A DNA stretch of 64,000 bases, taken from an uncultured Gammaproteobacteria bacterium. Lineage in GTDB: Bacteria; Pseudomonadota; Gammaproteobacteria; Xanthomonadales; SZUA-38. Shown here one piece after another: positions 1 through 9,601 of the stretch (the stretch's first letter is position 1; every line of letters starts with the position of its first letter). The stretch spans positions 4,623 through 68,622 of the forward strand of contig CAYGPO010000006.1 of assembly GCA_964351665.1 (NCBI GenBank). Direction: 5' to 3'. Under the pieces are notes generated by a model. That model saw nothing but the letters and a program-made list of their open reading frames with translations. It was not told the origin of the DNA and ran no database searches. The position numbers and the translations under genes were made by a program.

Positions 1-992
1 TGGCCAACCAGGGTGGCGGCCGCGTTGGACAGCCCCCAGGCCGGCATGATGGTGAAGATAATGATCCGCAGGCCAATGGTGTAACCGGCCACCGCTGCAC
101 TGCCATGAACGGCTACCAGTCGGGCCAGAAAAATCCAGCTGGTAGTGCCGATGATGAACTGACCGATGCCGCCGGCGCTGACGTTCATTAACCTAGCCAT
201 GACTGGCAGCGATAAGCGCAGATCGCGCCAGCTAACGCGGACTCGCTCGGTGACCCCCATCAGCATCCAGAGCTGATAGGCCACGCCGCAGCCGCGGCCG
301 ATGGTGGTGGCCATCGCAGCGCCCGTTACACCCATTTCTGGAACTGGCCCCAGGCCAAATATCAGCAGCGGGTCCAGCACAATATTGATGCCGTTGGCCA
401 ACCACAGGCTACGCATGGCTATACCGGCGTCGCCGGCACCACGAAAAATGGCGTTAATAATAAACAGCCAGGTGATGGTCAGGGAGCCTCCCATCAGCCA
501 TACGGTGTAGCCACTGCCGATGGCAACTACCTGGTCACTGGCGCCCATCAGGCGCAGGATGTCCTCGGCATACAAAGCCCCCGTGGTGCCGACAATAACG
601 CTGGTTGCCAGGCCTACCCAGAGCGCCTGTCCGGCTACCACCGATGCTTCAGAAAAACGTTTTTCACCCACCCGACGGGCCACCATGGCCGTTGTGCCCA
701 TGCTCAAACCGATGGCAACGGCGTACAGAATGGTGATTGCCGCTTCTGTCAGGCCAACGGCGCTTACCGCATCAGCGCCAAGTTTAGCGACAAAGAAAAT
801 GTCGGTAACCGCAAACACCGACTCCAGCGCCATCTCCAATACCATGGGCACTGACAGCAGAAAAACCGCGGTTCCGATGGGTCCTACGGTGAAGTCTTCG
901 GTTTCGCCGCGAATGGCTTGTTTCCAAAGTGTCCAGCAACGAGACAACAGACCGGATTTTGGCTCGGTTAGGCCATCTTGAGGTGCAGGCAC
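1..992 (-). CDS. MATE family efflux transporter (3' end runs off the left window edge)
   Basis: Absent from the ORF track because it has no in-window stop. My minus-strand translation from GTG at 992 reads VPAPQDGLTEPKSGLLSRCWTLWKQAIRGETEDFTVGPIGTAVFLLSVPMVLEMALESVFAVTDIFFVAKLGADAVSAVGLTEAAITILYAVAIGLSMGTTAMVARRVGEK..., a typical MATE N-terminus. The plus-strand ORFs 301..510 and 520..981 look like antisense artefacts. Confidence 0.75.
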   Translation of the reverse strand, partial: MPAPQDGLTEPKSGLLSRCWTLWKQAIRGETEDFTVGPIGTAVFLLSVPMVLEMALESVFAVTDIFFVAKLGADAVSAVGLTEAAITILYAVAIGLSMGTTAMVARRVGEKRFSEASVVAGQALWVGLATSVIVGTTGALYAEDILRLMGASDQVVAIGSGYTVWLMGGSLTITWLFIINAIFRGAGDAGIAMRSLWLANGINIVLDPLLIFGLGPVPEMGVTGAAMATTIGRGCGVAYQLWMLMGVTERVRVSWRDLRLSLPVMARLMNVSAGGIGQFIIGTTSWIFLARLVAVHGSAAVAGYTIGLRIIIFTIMPAWGLSNAAATLVG

Positions 993-1190
993 TATTCAAT
1001 TCCCAGGCCCAGGTCGGTCGACCTGAGTCAATCAGTGTTTCAGCGGCGCCTGGTCGGCGCAGGAGTGGACCGCTAGTGTGCTATGGACGCTGGTGAGCTG
1101 AACGTCTGGCAGGCATTCAGGGCAGACAGCGGCCATGCGGTCTGAACGATATTTGTGTTGTTCATTGGCAGGCGTCTGCGCCTCTGAACC

Positions 1191-2618
1191 TCAGGTGACG
1201 ATTTCGGCCCGGATCAGGTTCGTCGTGCCGGACACTCCGAAGGGCACACCGGCGGTGATGACGTAGTAATCACCGGGTTTGGCAATACCGGTTCGAGTAA
1301 TGACTTCATTGGCTCGAGAAACCATTTCGTCGGAGTCGTGAATGTCCTCCGCCAGCACCGCATCAATGCCCCAGGACATGGACAGCTGGTTATATGAGGT
1401 GGGGTTGGGAGTGATGGCCAGCACGTACTGGGACACTCGATGTCGCGCCACCCTGAGCGCAGTGCTGCCGGTGGAACTGAAGGTAACAATGACCTGGGCG
1501 TTGATGGCGCTAGCCATTTGACAGGCGGCCGCGGCCACACTGTCGGCCACCGACGCATCCCCGGTGATGCTGCTGTCATTCATGGCTGAACGATAGCTGT
1601 CGTCTGCCTCCACAGCCCGGGCGATCCGATTCATCATTTTGACCGCTTCCACCGGGTATTCACCCACCGCGGTCTCGCCGGACAGCATCACCCCATCGGT
1701 GCCGTCAAAAATCGCGTTGGCAACGTCTGAGGCTTCAGCCCGGGTTGGGGTTGGCGAGTTGGTCATGCTTTCCAGCATTTGGGTGGCTGTTACCACCGGC
1801 TTACCAGCTTCCCTGGACAGTCGGATCAGCTTTTTCTGCACAATGGGCACCTGGTCCGGCGATAGCTCCACTCCCAGGTCGCCTCGGGCGATCATAATTC
1901 CGTCCACCACTTTCAGAATGTCGGGAAAGCGTTCTACAGCGCTGGGTTTTTCGATTTTAGCCATCAGCTTGGCTTTGCTGCCGTGTTTGTCCAGGTAGTG
2001 ACGAGCCAGCAGAATATCGTCTCTGCTGCGGACGAAGCTCATCGCAACCCAATCAACCTTAAGGTCAGCGCCGACTTTGATGTGGGCCGCATCTTGTTCT
2101 GACAGAGCGGGGATTTTCAAATCGCAGCCCGGCACGTTAATGCCCTTGTTATTGGACAATGGCCCGCCGCGCACAACCCGGGTGACAATGGTCTGACCTT
2201 CAATGGCTGTGACCACCAGCTCCAGCCGTCCGTCCGCCAGCAGCAGCGGCTCGCCCACCTTGAGATCTTGGGCTAGTCCCGGGTAGGTAACGCCAACCCG
2301 GTTCACGTCACCGGGAGAATCGTCGTCGCAGGTCAGCCTGAAGGTCTCGCCGTTGACAAGGGTAATAGGGCCATCAGCAAACCGCCGCGTGCGAATTTTA
2401 GGCCCCTGCAGATCCTGCAATATCCCAATTGCCCGCACCGTGCGCCGCTCGGCGGCTCGGATACGCTCCACCACCGCCGCGTGGTCTTCCGGATCGCCGT
2501 GGGAAAAGTTCAGTCGAAATACGTTAACCCCTGCGTCGATCAGCTCCTCGATGGTTGCCTGATCGGAACAGGCAGGACCTACGGTGGCGATGATGGAGGT
2601 TTTTGCATTAGTTTTCAT
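1191..2618 (-). CDS. pyk: pyruvate kinase
   Basis: 475 aa. Motifs IIATVGPA, VNVFRLNFSHGD, LQDLQGPKIR, MIARGDLGVE and TQMLESM are diagnostic. Confidence 0.95.
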   Translation of the reverse strand: MKTNAKTSIIATVGPACSDQATIEELIDAGVNVFRLNFSHGDPEDHAAVVERIRAAERRTVRAIGILQDLQGPKIRTRRFADGPITLVNGETFRLTCDDDSPGDVNRVGVTYPGLAQDLKVGEPLLLADGRLELVVTAIEGQTIVTRVVRGGPLSNNKGINVPGCDLKIPALSEQDAAHIKVGADLKVDWVAMSFVRSRDDILLARHYLDKHGSKAKLMAKIEKPSAVERFPDILKVVDGIMIARGDLGVELSPDQVPIVQKKLIRLSREAGKPVVTATQMLESMTNSPTPTRAEASDVANAIFDGTDGVMLSGETAVGEYPVEAVKMMNRIARAVEADDSYRSAMNDSSITGDASVADSVAAAACQMASAINAQVIVTFSSTGSTALRVARHRVSQYVLAITPNPTSYNQLSMSWGIDAVLAEDIHDSDEMVSRANEVITRTGIAKPGDYYVITAGVPFGVSGTTNLIRAEIVT

Positions 2619-2698
2619 AGCTTGCCTGGGAAGAAGGGAGTCGGTATTTTCTGCAGCGAATATTACAGAAAAATCGTTGATGTTGTTGTGGCTGTGCG

Positions 2699-3109
2699 TT
2701 GGGGTCTATGGCGGGTGGTCAGGGTGACTGGGAGCAGCAACACTATTATCGATTTAGCCAGCCGATTTGTCAGTTCAGGAGCCAGCCGTTGATTATTAAT
2801 TGCCCCGCATGTTCCCAGCGAGTGTCCAATAAACATCCGGCCTGTCCCAAGTGTGGAGCGTCCATGGCAGGCCCCGACGTGCCGGGTCTGCCAGTGGACG
2901 AGGCCCGGCGGCGCCAGCGCCAGCTTCGCCGTGGAAAACTTGAGATGCAGGGTTACCTGTCCATTTTGATTATGGTGAGCGGTGCCAGCTGGATGTATGT
3001 ATCGTCGGATTACCTGCAAACCACCCCGGGTTTCTGGCCAACGGCCACCATGGCCGCAGGCGCTTTGTGGTACCTGGCGATTCGGGTTTACAGCATCTTC
3101 GTGCGTTGA
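2699..3109 (+). CDS. hypothetical zinc-ribbon membrane protein
   Basis: CPACSQRVSNKHPACPKCGA (CxxC-x10-CxxC) followed by two hydrophobic segments (YLSILIMVSGASWMYV, MAAGALWYLAIRVYSIF). Start codon uncertain. Confidence 0.4.
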   Translation: MGSMAGGQGDWEQQHYYRFSQPICQFRSQPLIINCPACSQRVSNKHPACPKCGASMAGPDVPGLPVDEARRRQRQLRRGKLEMQGYLSILIMVSGASWMYVSSDYLQTTPGFWPTATMAAGALWYLAIRVYSIFVR

Positions 3110-3170
3110 GCCACGTCTTTACATGGCTTGGTTCCCATTGGGCACGCCTTTGGCCCACTGGCTGGGTGTG

Positions 3171-3497
3171 TCAGCTGCCTTTATTAAGTTCTTCTTCCCA
3201 CTGGAACTTCCGATCCGTCACAATCGCTTCCAAGGTGGCAATCCGATCTTTCAAATCGATGATTTCGCTAGCCATAGCCTGCTCTCGCTGACTGGGCTGC
3301 TGCTCGCTGTCCTGTTCTTCGTCAACCCACAGGCTTCGCCACCAGTGGCCCGGGCGCCGGACGCGGTCGTCAGTACTGGGCCTGCGGGCCTTACGAGCTT
3401 CATTGCCGGCGGAGACCCTGGACTCCAGGGCATTCATCACCAGGCAGCAGGCCCAGACGAATAATCCAAACAGAAACCATTGAAGGGCGCTTGCCAT
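3171..3497 (-). CDS. hypothetical single-pass membrane protein with PspB-like C-terminal helix
   Basis: N-terminal TM (WFLFGLFVWACCLVMNAL), charged linker, and a C-terminal IIDLKDRIATLEAIVTDR that resembles the PspB RIQALESILD segment. Family assignment is weak. Confidence 0.35.
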   Translation of the reverse strand: MASALQWFLFGLFVWACCLVMNALESRVSAGNEARKARRPSTDDRVRRPGHWWRSLWVDEEQDSEQQPSQREQAMASEIIDLKDRIATLEAIVTDRKFQWEEELNKGS

Positions 3498-3638
3498 GAA
3501 TTATCACTCCTACACAAGATTTATTAGTACCCTACTATGCCATTTCAGGGGCCAGCAGGGTATTGACAAAAGTCATGATCCCAAGCTGAAACATTTGGTA
3601 ACGGGACACCGACTCAGCACTGGGGTATTCTCGGAAAG

Positions 3639-4007
3639 ATGAAAGTTAAACAATTTATTCAGTCCTATCAGAAGGCCTTTGACGCCTTTGATCCCCAGGC
3701 TATTGCTGATCTTTATCACTATCCCAGTCTGATCGCCTCGATGGATCAAAGCCAGGCTCTCCTTAGCCGTGACGACGCGGTTAAATATTTTGCCCGGGTG
3801 TGTGATTCTCACCGTCGCATGAGCTATCACAGAGCCCAGCTGCTAAGCAGCGAGCGCTCTACCTTGACGGAAAATCTGTCCATAGTGACGGTTCGCTGGC
3901 GTTTTGAGACGGCCACAGGGCAGGTCATCGTGGAATTTGACTGCACCTACACCCTGTGCGAGCTGGGCGAGGGTGTGAAGGCGTTTTCTGCCGTCGTTCA
4001 CGGCTGA
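3639..4007 (+). CDS. NTF2/SnoaL-like fold protein
   Basis: 122 aa. N-terminal FIQSYQKAFDAFDPQAIADLYHYPS and the size are typical of SnoaL/DUF4440-like proteins. Confidence 0.5.
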   Translation: MKVKQFIQSYQKAFDAFDPQAIADLYHYPSLIASMDQSQALLSRDDAVKYFARVCDSHRRMSYHRAQLLSSERSTLTENLSIVTVRWRFETATGQVIVEFDCTYTLCELGEGVKAFSAVVHG

Positions 4008-4008
4008 G

Positions 4009-4060
4009 CCTCAACAACGTCGGCGTGGGGCGTGAGCCCCTCGTTGAGGTAACCTTTTTT
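4009..4060 (+). terminator. stem-loop plus T-run after the NTF2-like gene
   Basis: cctcaac (4009-4015) pairs with gttgagg (4043-4049). Inner hairpin ggggc-gtga-gcccc (4027-4040). T6 run at 4055-4060, 5 nt from the stem, so not canonical. Confidence 0.45.
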
Positions 4061-4163
4061 ACCCAACGGCCCAATGGGCGGCGGTTGATCGGCGCAAGCA
4101 GTGACAAAGCGATACACTTTGCCACGCCCACCCCGTGACATCCGGTGACGGGGCCGATACAAT

Positions 4164-4191
4164 ATATCTCTTTATTCGATTGAAGAGATAT
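4164..4191. promoter_or_regulatory. 9-bp perfect inverted repeat in the metK promoter/leader
   Basis: atatctctt (4164-4172) - 10 nt - aagagatat (4183-4191). It lies just after a TACAAT -10-like hexamer (4158-4163) and ends 5 nt before the metK ATG. The right arm covers the purine-rich putative SD. Confidence 0.4.
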
Positions 4192-4196
4192 TTGAC

Positions 4197-5381
4197 ATGA
4201 GCAGCGACCACAGAAGCCACCTGTTTACCTCGGAGTCTGTCTCTGAGGGGCATCCTGATAAAGTTGCCGACCAGATTTCTGATGCCATCTTGGACGAGAT
4301 CATCTCCCAGGACCCGGCGGCACGGGTGGCCTGCGAGACCATGGTCAAGACCGGCGTGGCAATTGTTGGTGGTGAAATTACCACCACTGCCTGGGTTGAC
4401 CTGGAAGAATTGATCCGCGGTGTGATCAACGACATCGGCTACAACTCGTCCGAGGTGGGATTTGACGGATCCACCTGCGCCGTGGTGAATATCATTGGCA
4501 AGCAGTCTCCGGACATTGCCCAGGGAGTAGACCGGGCGGCGCCTGAAGAGCAGGGCGCTGGTGATCAGGGTCTGATGTTCGGATACGCCACCGATGAGAC
4601 CGATGCGCTGATGCCAGCGCCGATCCACTTCTCCCATGAGCTGGTCCGGCGACAGGCCCAGGTGCGGCGCGAACTCAGCGACGGCCAGCAGTTCCTGCGA
4701 CCCGACGCCAAATCCCAGGTGACGTTTCGCTACGAAAATGGCCAGCCGGTGGCCATCGACGCGGTGGTGCTTTCAACCCAGCACAGCCCGGAAATTTCCC
4801 AGAGCAATCTGCATGAACTGGTTATGGAGCAGATTGTTAAGCCGGTTCTGCCCCATCAGTGGCTTTCTGCAGATACCAAGTATCACATCAACCCCACCGG
4901 CAAATTTGAGATTGGCGGTCCGGTTGGCGACTGTGGTTTGACTGGGCGGAAAATCATTGTTGATACCTATGGCGGCATGGCTCGTCACGGCGGCGGTGCA
5001 TTTTCTGGCAAAGACCCTTCCAAAGTGGATCGCTCTGCAGCTTACGCTGCGCGCTATGTCGCCAAGAATCTGGTGGCGGCTGGTCTGGCTAAGCGTTGCG
5101 AGATACAGGTTTCCTACGCCATCGGCGTTGCCCAACCTACCTCGGTGACGGTGGAAACCTTTGGTACTGAAACCGTGCCCGCCGAGCGCATCGAGGCGCT
5201 GGTGGCAGAGCACTTTGACCTGCGTCCCTACGGGCTGATGCAGATGCTCAATTTGATTCGCCCCATTTACCGGCAAACAGCTGCCTACGGGCATTTTGGC
5301 AGAACCTATGACGAGGCCAGCGGTGCCTTCAGCTGGGAGAGCACCGACAAGGCTGCTGACCTCCGGGCCGCCGCCGGCTGA
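4197..5381 (+). CDS. metK: S-adenosylmethionine synthetase
   Basis: 394 aa. Motifs [34 protein letters not shown] and [19 protein letters not shown]. Confidence 0.97.
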   Translation: MSSDHRSHLFTSESVSEGHPDKVADQISDAILDEIISQDPAARVACETMVKTGVAIVGGEITTTAWVDLEELIRGVINDIGYNSSEVGFDGSTCAVVNIIGKQSPDIAQGVDRAAPEEQGAGDQGLMFGYATDETDALMPAPIHFSHELVRRQAQVRRELSDGQQFLRPDAKSQVTFRYENGQPVAIDAVVLSTQHSPEISQSNLHELVMEQIVKPVLPHQWLSADTKYHINPTGKFEIGGPVGDCGLTGRKIIVDTYGGMARHGGGAFSGKDPSKVDRSAAYAARYVAKNLVAAGLAKRCEIQVSYAIGVAQPTSVTVETFGTETVPAERIEALVAEHFDLRPYGLMQMLNLIRPIYRQTAAYGHFGRTYDEASGAFSWESTDKAADLRAAAG

Positions 5382-5437
5382 GTTGGAACTTAGCTAAACA
5401 AAACACGAACTTCACGGATTAACCTTTTAAATTCTGG

Positions 5438-5504
5438 CTGGTGAGAAGCGCTGCAAGCCCTTAGGGCCCAGGCTCACCATGTCATATCGTTTCAACGGCG
5501 CTAA
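5438..5504 (+). promoter_or_regulatory. SAH riboswitch (S-adenosylhomocysteine-responsive, ahcY leader)
   Basis: GGUGAG(5440-45)AAGCGCUGCAAGCCC-UUA-GGGCCCAGGCUCACC(5473-78)...UUCAACGGCGCU(5491-5502). P1 is GGUGAG/CUCACC, P2 is GCCC-UUA-GGGC, the pseudoknot is AGCGC(5447-51)/GCGCU(5498-5502). The conserved AGCGCUGC, AGGCUC and CAACGGCGCU blocks match my recollection of the SAH riboswitch consensus, and it sits directly upstream of ahcY. Confidence 0.75.
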
Positions 5505-5530
5505 CAAGACTTATCAGGAGCATATGTAAA

Positions 5531-6955
5531 ATGAGCGCAGTAATGGAACCTCAGGTAGGACAAGACTATCTGGTGAAAGATATTGAGCTGGCAGCTTGGG
5601 GCCGAAAGGAACTGGATATTGCCGCTTCCGAAATGCCGGGTCTTATGGCCCTTCGGGAAGAGTATGGCGAGTCAAAGCCGCTGACCGGAGCCCGTATCGC
5701 CGGGTCTCTGCACATGACCATCCAGACCGCAATGCTGATCGAAACACTCACCGCCCTGGGCGCTGAAGTTCGCTGGGCATCTTGCAACATCTATTCAACT
5801 CAGGATCACGCAGCGGCGGCCATGGCTGCCACCGGCATTCCTGTGTTCGCGTTCAAGGGTGAAAGCTTGGATGAGTATTGGGAATACACCCACCGCATTA
5901 TGCAATGGCACGATGGTGGTACCCCCAATATGATCCTGGATGACGGTGGTGACGCGACCATGCTTATCACCCTGGGTTCAGCGGCTGAGAAAGATCCATC
6001 AGTGCTGGACAACCCTGGCAGTGAAGAGGAACGTTGCCTGTTCGCCTCCATCCGTCAGCGTTTGGAAACTCAACACGGCTTTTACAGCAACATCCTGAAA
6101 AACATCAAGGGTGTGACGGAAGAAACCACCACCGGTGTCAGCCGTTTGTATCGCCTGGCCGAAAAAGGTGAGCTGCCGTTTCCGGCCATCAACGTTAATG
6201 ACTCAGTGACCAAGTCGAAGTTCGACAACCTTTATGGCTGCCGTGAGTCTCTGGTAGACGGCATCAAGCGCGCTACTGACGTGATGATCGCCGGTAAGAT
6301 CGCCATCGTTGCCGGTTACGGTGACGTGGGTAAAGGCTCGGCCCAGTCTCTGCGTGGTTTGGGTGCCAATGTGTGGATCACCGAAATTGACCCAATCTGT
6401 GCACTGCAGGCTGCCATGGAAGGCTATCGAGTAGTCAATATGGAAGACGACGGCATTGTTGAGCAGGCGGATATCTTTGTCACCGCCACCGGTAACTTTG
6501 ACGTGCTGCGGCAAGATCACATGGCGCGGATGAAGAACGAAGCCATTGTCTGCAACATCGGTCACTTCGATAATGAAATCGACGTCGCGGGTCTGGAAAA
6601 CCTGACCTGGGAGCCGATCAAAGATCAGGTAGACCATATCGTTTTCCCCGACGGCAAGCGCATCATTCTGCTGGCCGGTGGTCGATTGGTTAACCTGGGC
6701 TGTGGCACAGGACATCCGAGCTTTGTCATGTCCAACTCCTTCACCAACCAGACCCTGGCTCAGATGGAGTTGTTCAACAAGCCTGATGAGTACAAAAACG
6801 AAGTGTATGTGCTGCCTAAGCATCTGGACGAGAAAGTCGCCCGGCTGCACCTGGGACGTATCGGCGCCCGCCTGACCGAGCTTTCTGCTGAGCAGGCCGA
6901 GTACCTTGGTCTGCAGGTAGAAGGTCCGTACAAGCCGGATCATTACCGCTACTAA
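5531..6955 (+). CDS. ahcY: adenosylhomocysteinase
   Basis: 474 aa. Motifs [36 protein letters not shown] site and a C-terminal [10 protein letters not shown] tail. Confidence 0.97.
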   Translation: MSAVMEPQVGQDYLVKDIELAAWGRKELDIAASEMPGLMALREEYGESKPLTGARIAGSLHMTIQTAMLIETLTALGAEVRWASCNIYSTQDHAAAAMAATGIPVFAFKGESLDEYWEYTHRIMQWHDGGTPNMILDDGGDATMLITLGSAAEKDPSVLDNPGSEEERCLFASIRQRLETQHGFYSNILKNIKGVTEETTTGVSRLYRLAEKGELPFPAINVNDSVTKSKFDNLYGCRESLVDGIKRATDVMIAGKIAIVAGYGDVGKGSAQSLRGLGANVWITEIDPICALQAAMEGYRVVNMEDDGIVEQADIFVTATGNFDVLRQDHMARMKNEAIVCNIGHFDNEIDVAGLENLTWEPIKDQVDHIVFPDGKRIILLAGGRLVNLGCGTGHPSFVMSNSFTNQTLAQMELFNKPDEYKNEVYVLPKHLDEKVARLHLGRIGARLTELSAEQAEYLGLQVEGPYKPDHYRY

Positions 6956-6969
6956 TTCGGCGTAGTCTG

Positions 6970-6995
6970 TTCCCCCGGGCGCTTGCCCGGGGGAA
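6970..6995 (+). terminator. GC-rich intercistronic hairpin between ahcY and metF (no U-tract)
   Basis: ttcccccgggc (6970-6980) - gctt - gcccgggggaa (6985-6995), an 11-bp perfect stem followed by tcaatcc. Confidence 0.4.
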
Positions 6996-7017
6996 TCAAT
7001 CCTGGCATTCAGCGCTG

Positions 7018-7875
7018 ATGTCCAGCGATCATTGGCTTCATCAGACCATGACAAAAATCAGTTTTGAATATTTCCCCCCGCGCAATGATGCGCAACTGGA
7101 ACGGTTTCGCACGACCCACCAGGCGCTGCGACGACTAAATCCAGAATATTTCTCCGTCACCTTTGGCGCCGGCGGCTCGACCCGGGATGAAACCGCTCTG
7201 GCAGTGAAGGAAATTGGCGCCACCGATCTGGTTGCTCCGCACATTTCCTGCCGCGGTGGCAGCCAGCAAAGCATTCGGCAACTGCTTGACCATTACCAGC
7301 AGGAAGGTGTCCGCAGGTTGGTGGTATTGAGGGGAGACCCGACCTCAGGCAGCGTTGGCGGCGACGAGTTTCCCTACGCCTGTGACCTGGTGAGATTCAT
7401 CCAGAAAAATTACCCGGATCAGTTCAACCTGTCGGTGGCCTGCTATCCGGAAGTTCACCCGGAGGCTCAGGGCGCAGCCGCTGATCTTAGCCATTTCAAG
7501 GCCAAGGTGGATGCGGGCGCCAGTGACGCAATTACCCAGTATTTTTTTAACGCTGATGCCTACTTTCGATTCGTTGACTCGGCGTCGGCGGCTGGAATCA
7601 ACGTGCCCATCGTGCCCGGCATCATGCCCATTACTAACTATGCGCAGCTGAAACGGTTTTCCGATGTTTGTGGTGCACAGATCCCGCGTTGGCTGGAGGC
7701 CAGGCTGAGAGATTTTGGTGATGATAAAACGGCCCTGGGTGAATTTGGGCTCGATGTAGTGTCAGATATGTGCGAGCGACTGCTCGCCGGAGGCGCCCCG
7801 GCTCTGCATATCTATACCCTCAATCGGGCTGTTAGTACCACCGCACTAATCCGTCGGTTGGGATTGGGCACCTGA
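7018..7875 (+). CDS. metF: 5,10-methylenetetrahydrofolate reductase
   Basis: Motifs ISFEYFPPRN, FSVTFGAGGS and RGD. The start could instead be ATG at 7048 (MTKISFEYFPP). Confidence 0.9.
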   Translation: MSSDHWLHQTMTKISFEYFPPRNDAQLERFRTTHQALRRLNPEYFSVTFGAGGSTRDETALAVKEIGATDLVAPHISCRGGSQQSIRQLLDHYQQEGVRRLVVLRGDPTSGSVGGDEFPYACDLVRFIQKNYPDQFNLSVACYPEVHPEAQGAAADLSHFKAKVDAGASDAITQYFFNADAYFRFVDSASAAGINVPIVPGIMPITNYAQLKRFSDVCGAQIPRWLEARLRDFGDDKTALGEFGLDVVSDMCERLLAGGAPALHIYTLNRAVSTTALIRRLGLGT

Positions 7876-7955
7876 CCCTGGCTGATGTGACCTTTCTTAC
7901 CGAACGGGCCACTGCCACCGCGTGCATGTAGTTCCAGCAGCGCTCTCATCGACCT

Positions 7956-8159
7956 TCAGAGATAGTGTCGTGCCGCCATCCATTGGCTTACATAGCGGTG
8001 ATCATCAACGTCCGTTGACGCCGGGTCCCAGGGGCTCACGTCTATCAGGCCCAACCCCAGTTCGGCGATGCTTGCAGGGTCAATGGTGTTTTCATCCTGC
8101 AGGTAGGGATCGGTATCATCCCAGCGTAGTTCCGTGTGTGATTCCGTGCTCATTTTCAT
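7956..8159 (-). CDS. small acidic hypothetical protein (67 aa)
   Basis: AAGGA about 12 nt upstream of the ATG, GC-biased third codon positions, strongly acidic sequence (DDTDPYLQDENTIDP...DVDDH). No family recognised. Confidence 0.4.
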   Translation of the reverse strand: MKMSTESHTELRWDDTDPYLQDENTIDPASIAELGLGLIDVSPWDPASTDVDDHRYVSQWMAARHYL

Positions 8160-8358
8160 TTTGACTGATATTCCTTCTTCAATGGCCTATCCTTTGGCCT
8201 GAAACACTGCTGCATCCATTGACGCTACTGTGGGCTTGTTGTCCCAGGTCTGTTTCAGCCTGTAGGGATAGAGTATACGGTCGGCCAGGGCGGCTTATTG
8301 TCAACGAATGTGTGATTGGAGTGAGTGTGTTAACCGATCCAAGGGGTCAAAATTAGCC

Positions 8359-9144
8359 ATGAAAACAGGTTTGTTCAGATTTTTGCCACGGGTCTTTCAA
8401 ACCGCCGCTGTGTTACTTATGGCGGCCACGGCGGGCGGATGTTTTCGACAGCCGGTGCCGGAACTCGATGGCCTGCCGCAACGCCCTGAGTACGATGAAA
8501 CGGCAACGCCTCAAGCTGGCGCTGAAGGCCGCCGTTTTGAAGTGGGGCAGGGGCGGCTGCTGGTCAGGGTTTATCGCAGCGGCTCGATGGCGAGGTTGGG
8601 TCATAACCACACCATAGAGGCGCCTATACACGGCGTGTTTTCACTGCTGGGAAGTGCCGTGACCGCTGAACTTTTTGTAAGACCCGCCGAGCTGGTGGTG
8701 GACCGTCAGGAAACCCGTACATCCCAGGGCGAAGACTTCGCTAAGCCGGTAAAAGCCGCAGACGTTGAGGGCACCCGGGGCAATTTATTGTCGGAAAATG
8801 TTCTCAACCCTCTGCAGCACCCCTTTATTCGAGCCAGCATCGATAGCGCTGTTACTGGGTCTGGATTCACTGCGGTAACCTTTGAACTGGCCGGCAAACA
8901 GTTCACCCGGGAGCTGGAAATCCAAACTCTGGAAGATGACCCCTGTAATCCGCGTTACGCCGGCGAGCTGACCTTGAGTCATGGAGACTTTGGTCTCCAG
9001 CCTTTTTCTATCCTGGGCGGCGCCATCGCAGTAAAAGATGAGTTTGAGGTGGTCTTTGAGTTGACCGGTGTCAGGCAGGATATGGCGTCAGCGGGCTGTC
9101 AGGCCTTGTCTCTGGATTCCAGTAGATCCCAGCGATTACCGTAA
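8359..9144 (+). CDS. YceI-like domain lipoprotein
   Basis: Start chosen at MKTGLF (RBS aagggg at 8341). Lipobox LLMAATAGGC. The block LLVRVYRSGSMARLGHNHTIE...LSENVLNPLQHPFI...ELTLSHGDFGL resembles YceI-like polyisoprenoid-binding domain proteins. Confidence 0.6.
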   Translation: MKTGLFRFLPRVFQTAAVLLMAATAGGCFRQPVPELDGLPQRPEYDETATPQAGAEGRRFEVGQGRLLVRVYRSGSMARLGHNHTIEAPIHGVFSLLGSAVTAELFVRPAELVVDRQETRTSQGEDFAKPVKAADVEGTRGNLLSENVLNPLQHPFIRASIDSAVTGSGFTAVTFELAGKQFTRELEIQTLEDDPCNPRYAGELTLSHGDFGLQPFSILGGAIAVKDEFEVVFELTGVRQDMASAGCQALSLDSSRSQRLP

Positions 9145-9521
9145 AGGTCTTCAAATACGCAGACCATGCCATAAGGTTCGCTGCGCGGCTGCTGGAGGAA
9201 ATTCACACCTCGCTCAGACATGCTGCGATGGCTGGCCCAGAAGTCGGGTGTGGATAAAAACAACCAGACCCTGCCGGCACCCTGATCGCCCACGGCCTGT
9301 CGCTGTCTGGGGCTGGCCGCTTTGGCCAAAATTATCGAGACGCTATCATCAGCAGCGGCCACCCGCACCCACCGCTTGGTTTCACTGATGACGGTATCTT
9401 CCCGCAGTTCAAAGCCCATCTTGTCAACGTAAAACTCGATGGCCTGGTCGTAGTCTTCAACCAGCACAGATACCCCAGTAAGCAAGGCGCCCAGGTTGCA
9501 GTTGCTGTGGTTTTTACGATT
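9099..9521 (-). CDS. VOC (glyoxalase/bleomycin-resistance fold) family protein
   Basis: Start taken at MNRKNH. Motifs VLVEDYDQAIEFYVDKMGFELRED...FLSTPDFWASHRSMSERGVNFLQQPRSEPYGMVCVFEDLYGNRWDLLE are typical of VOC proteins. Confidence 0.7.
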   Translation of the reverse strand, partial: NRKNHSNCNLGALLTGVSVLVEDYDQAIEFYVDKMGFELREDTVISETKRWVRVAAADDSVSIILAKAASPRQRQAVGDQGAGRVWLFLSTPDFWASHRSMSERGVNFLQQPRSEPYGMVCVFEDLYGNRWDLLESRDKA

Positions 9522-9601
9522 CATCAGTTTTTCACCCGCTATTTCCACCCGGTTCTGCTGAAATTGATGTTTAAGGACCAACTTTACCTGGGGAGCTTGC
9601 A

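Noticed and set aside
301-981. Plus-strand ORFs 301..510 and 520..981 as genes.
   Set aside because: The minus strand over the same span translates into a clean MATE transporter N-terminus. The plus-strand products are Ala/Pro/Thr/Ser-rich with no motifs.
4061-4196. SAM riboswitch upstream of metK.
   Set aside because: I could not find SAM-I, SAM-II or SAM-V signature blocks. Only a short inverted repeat is present, reported separately.
6203-7054. Long antisense ORFs opposite well-supported genes. Examples: 6203..7054, 4059..4637, 10843..11514, 15260..15991, 20447..21169, 24652..25503, 26086..26886, 39296..40087, 53207..54364 and 60186..60923.
   Set aside because: They lie antisense to genes with diagnostic motifs. 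Their compositions are Arg/Gly/His/Pro-rich and non-protein-like, and they lack an RBS. This is the usual artefact of open antisense frames in GC-rich DNA.
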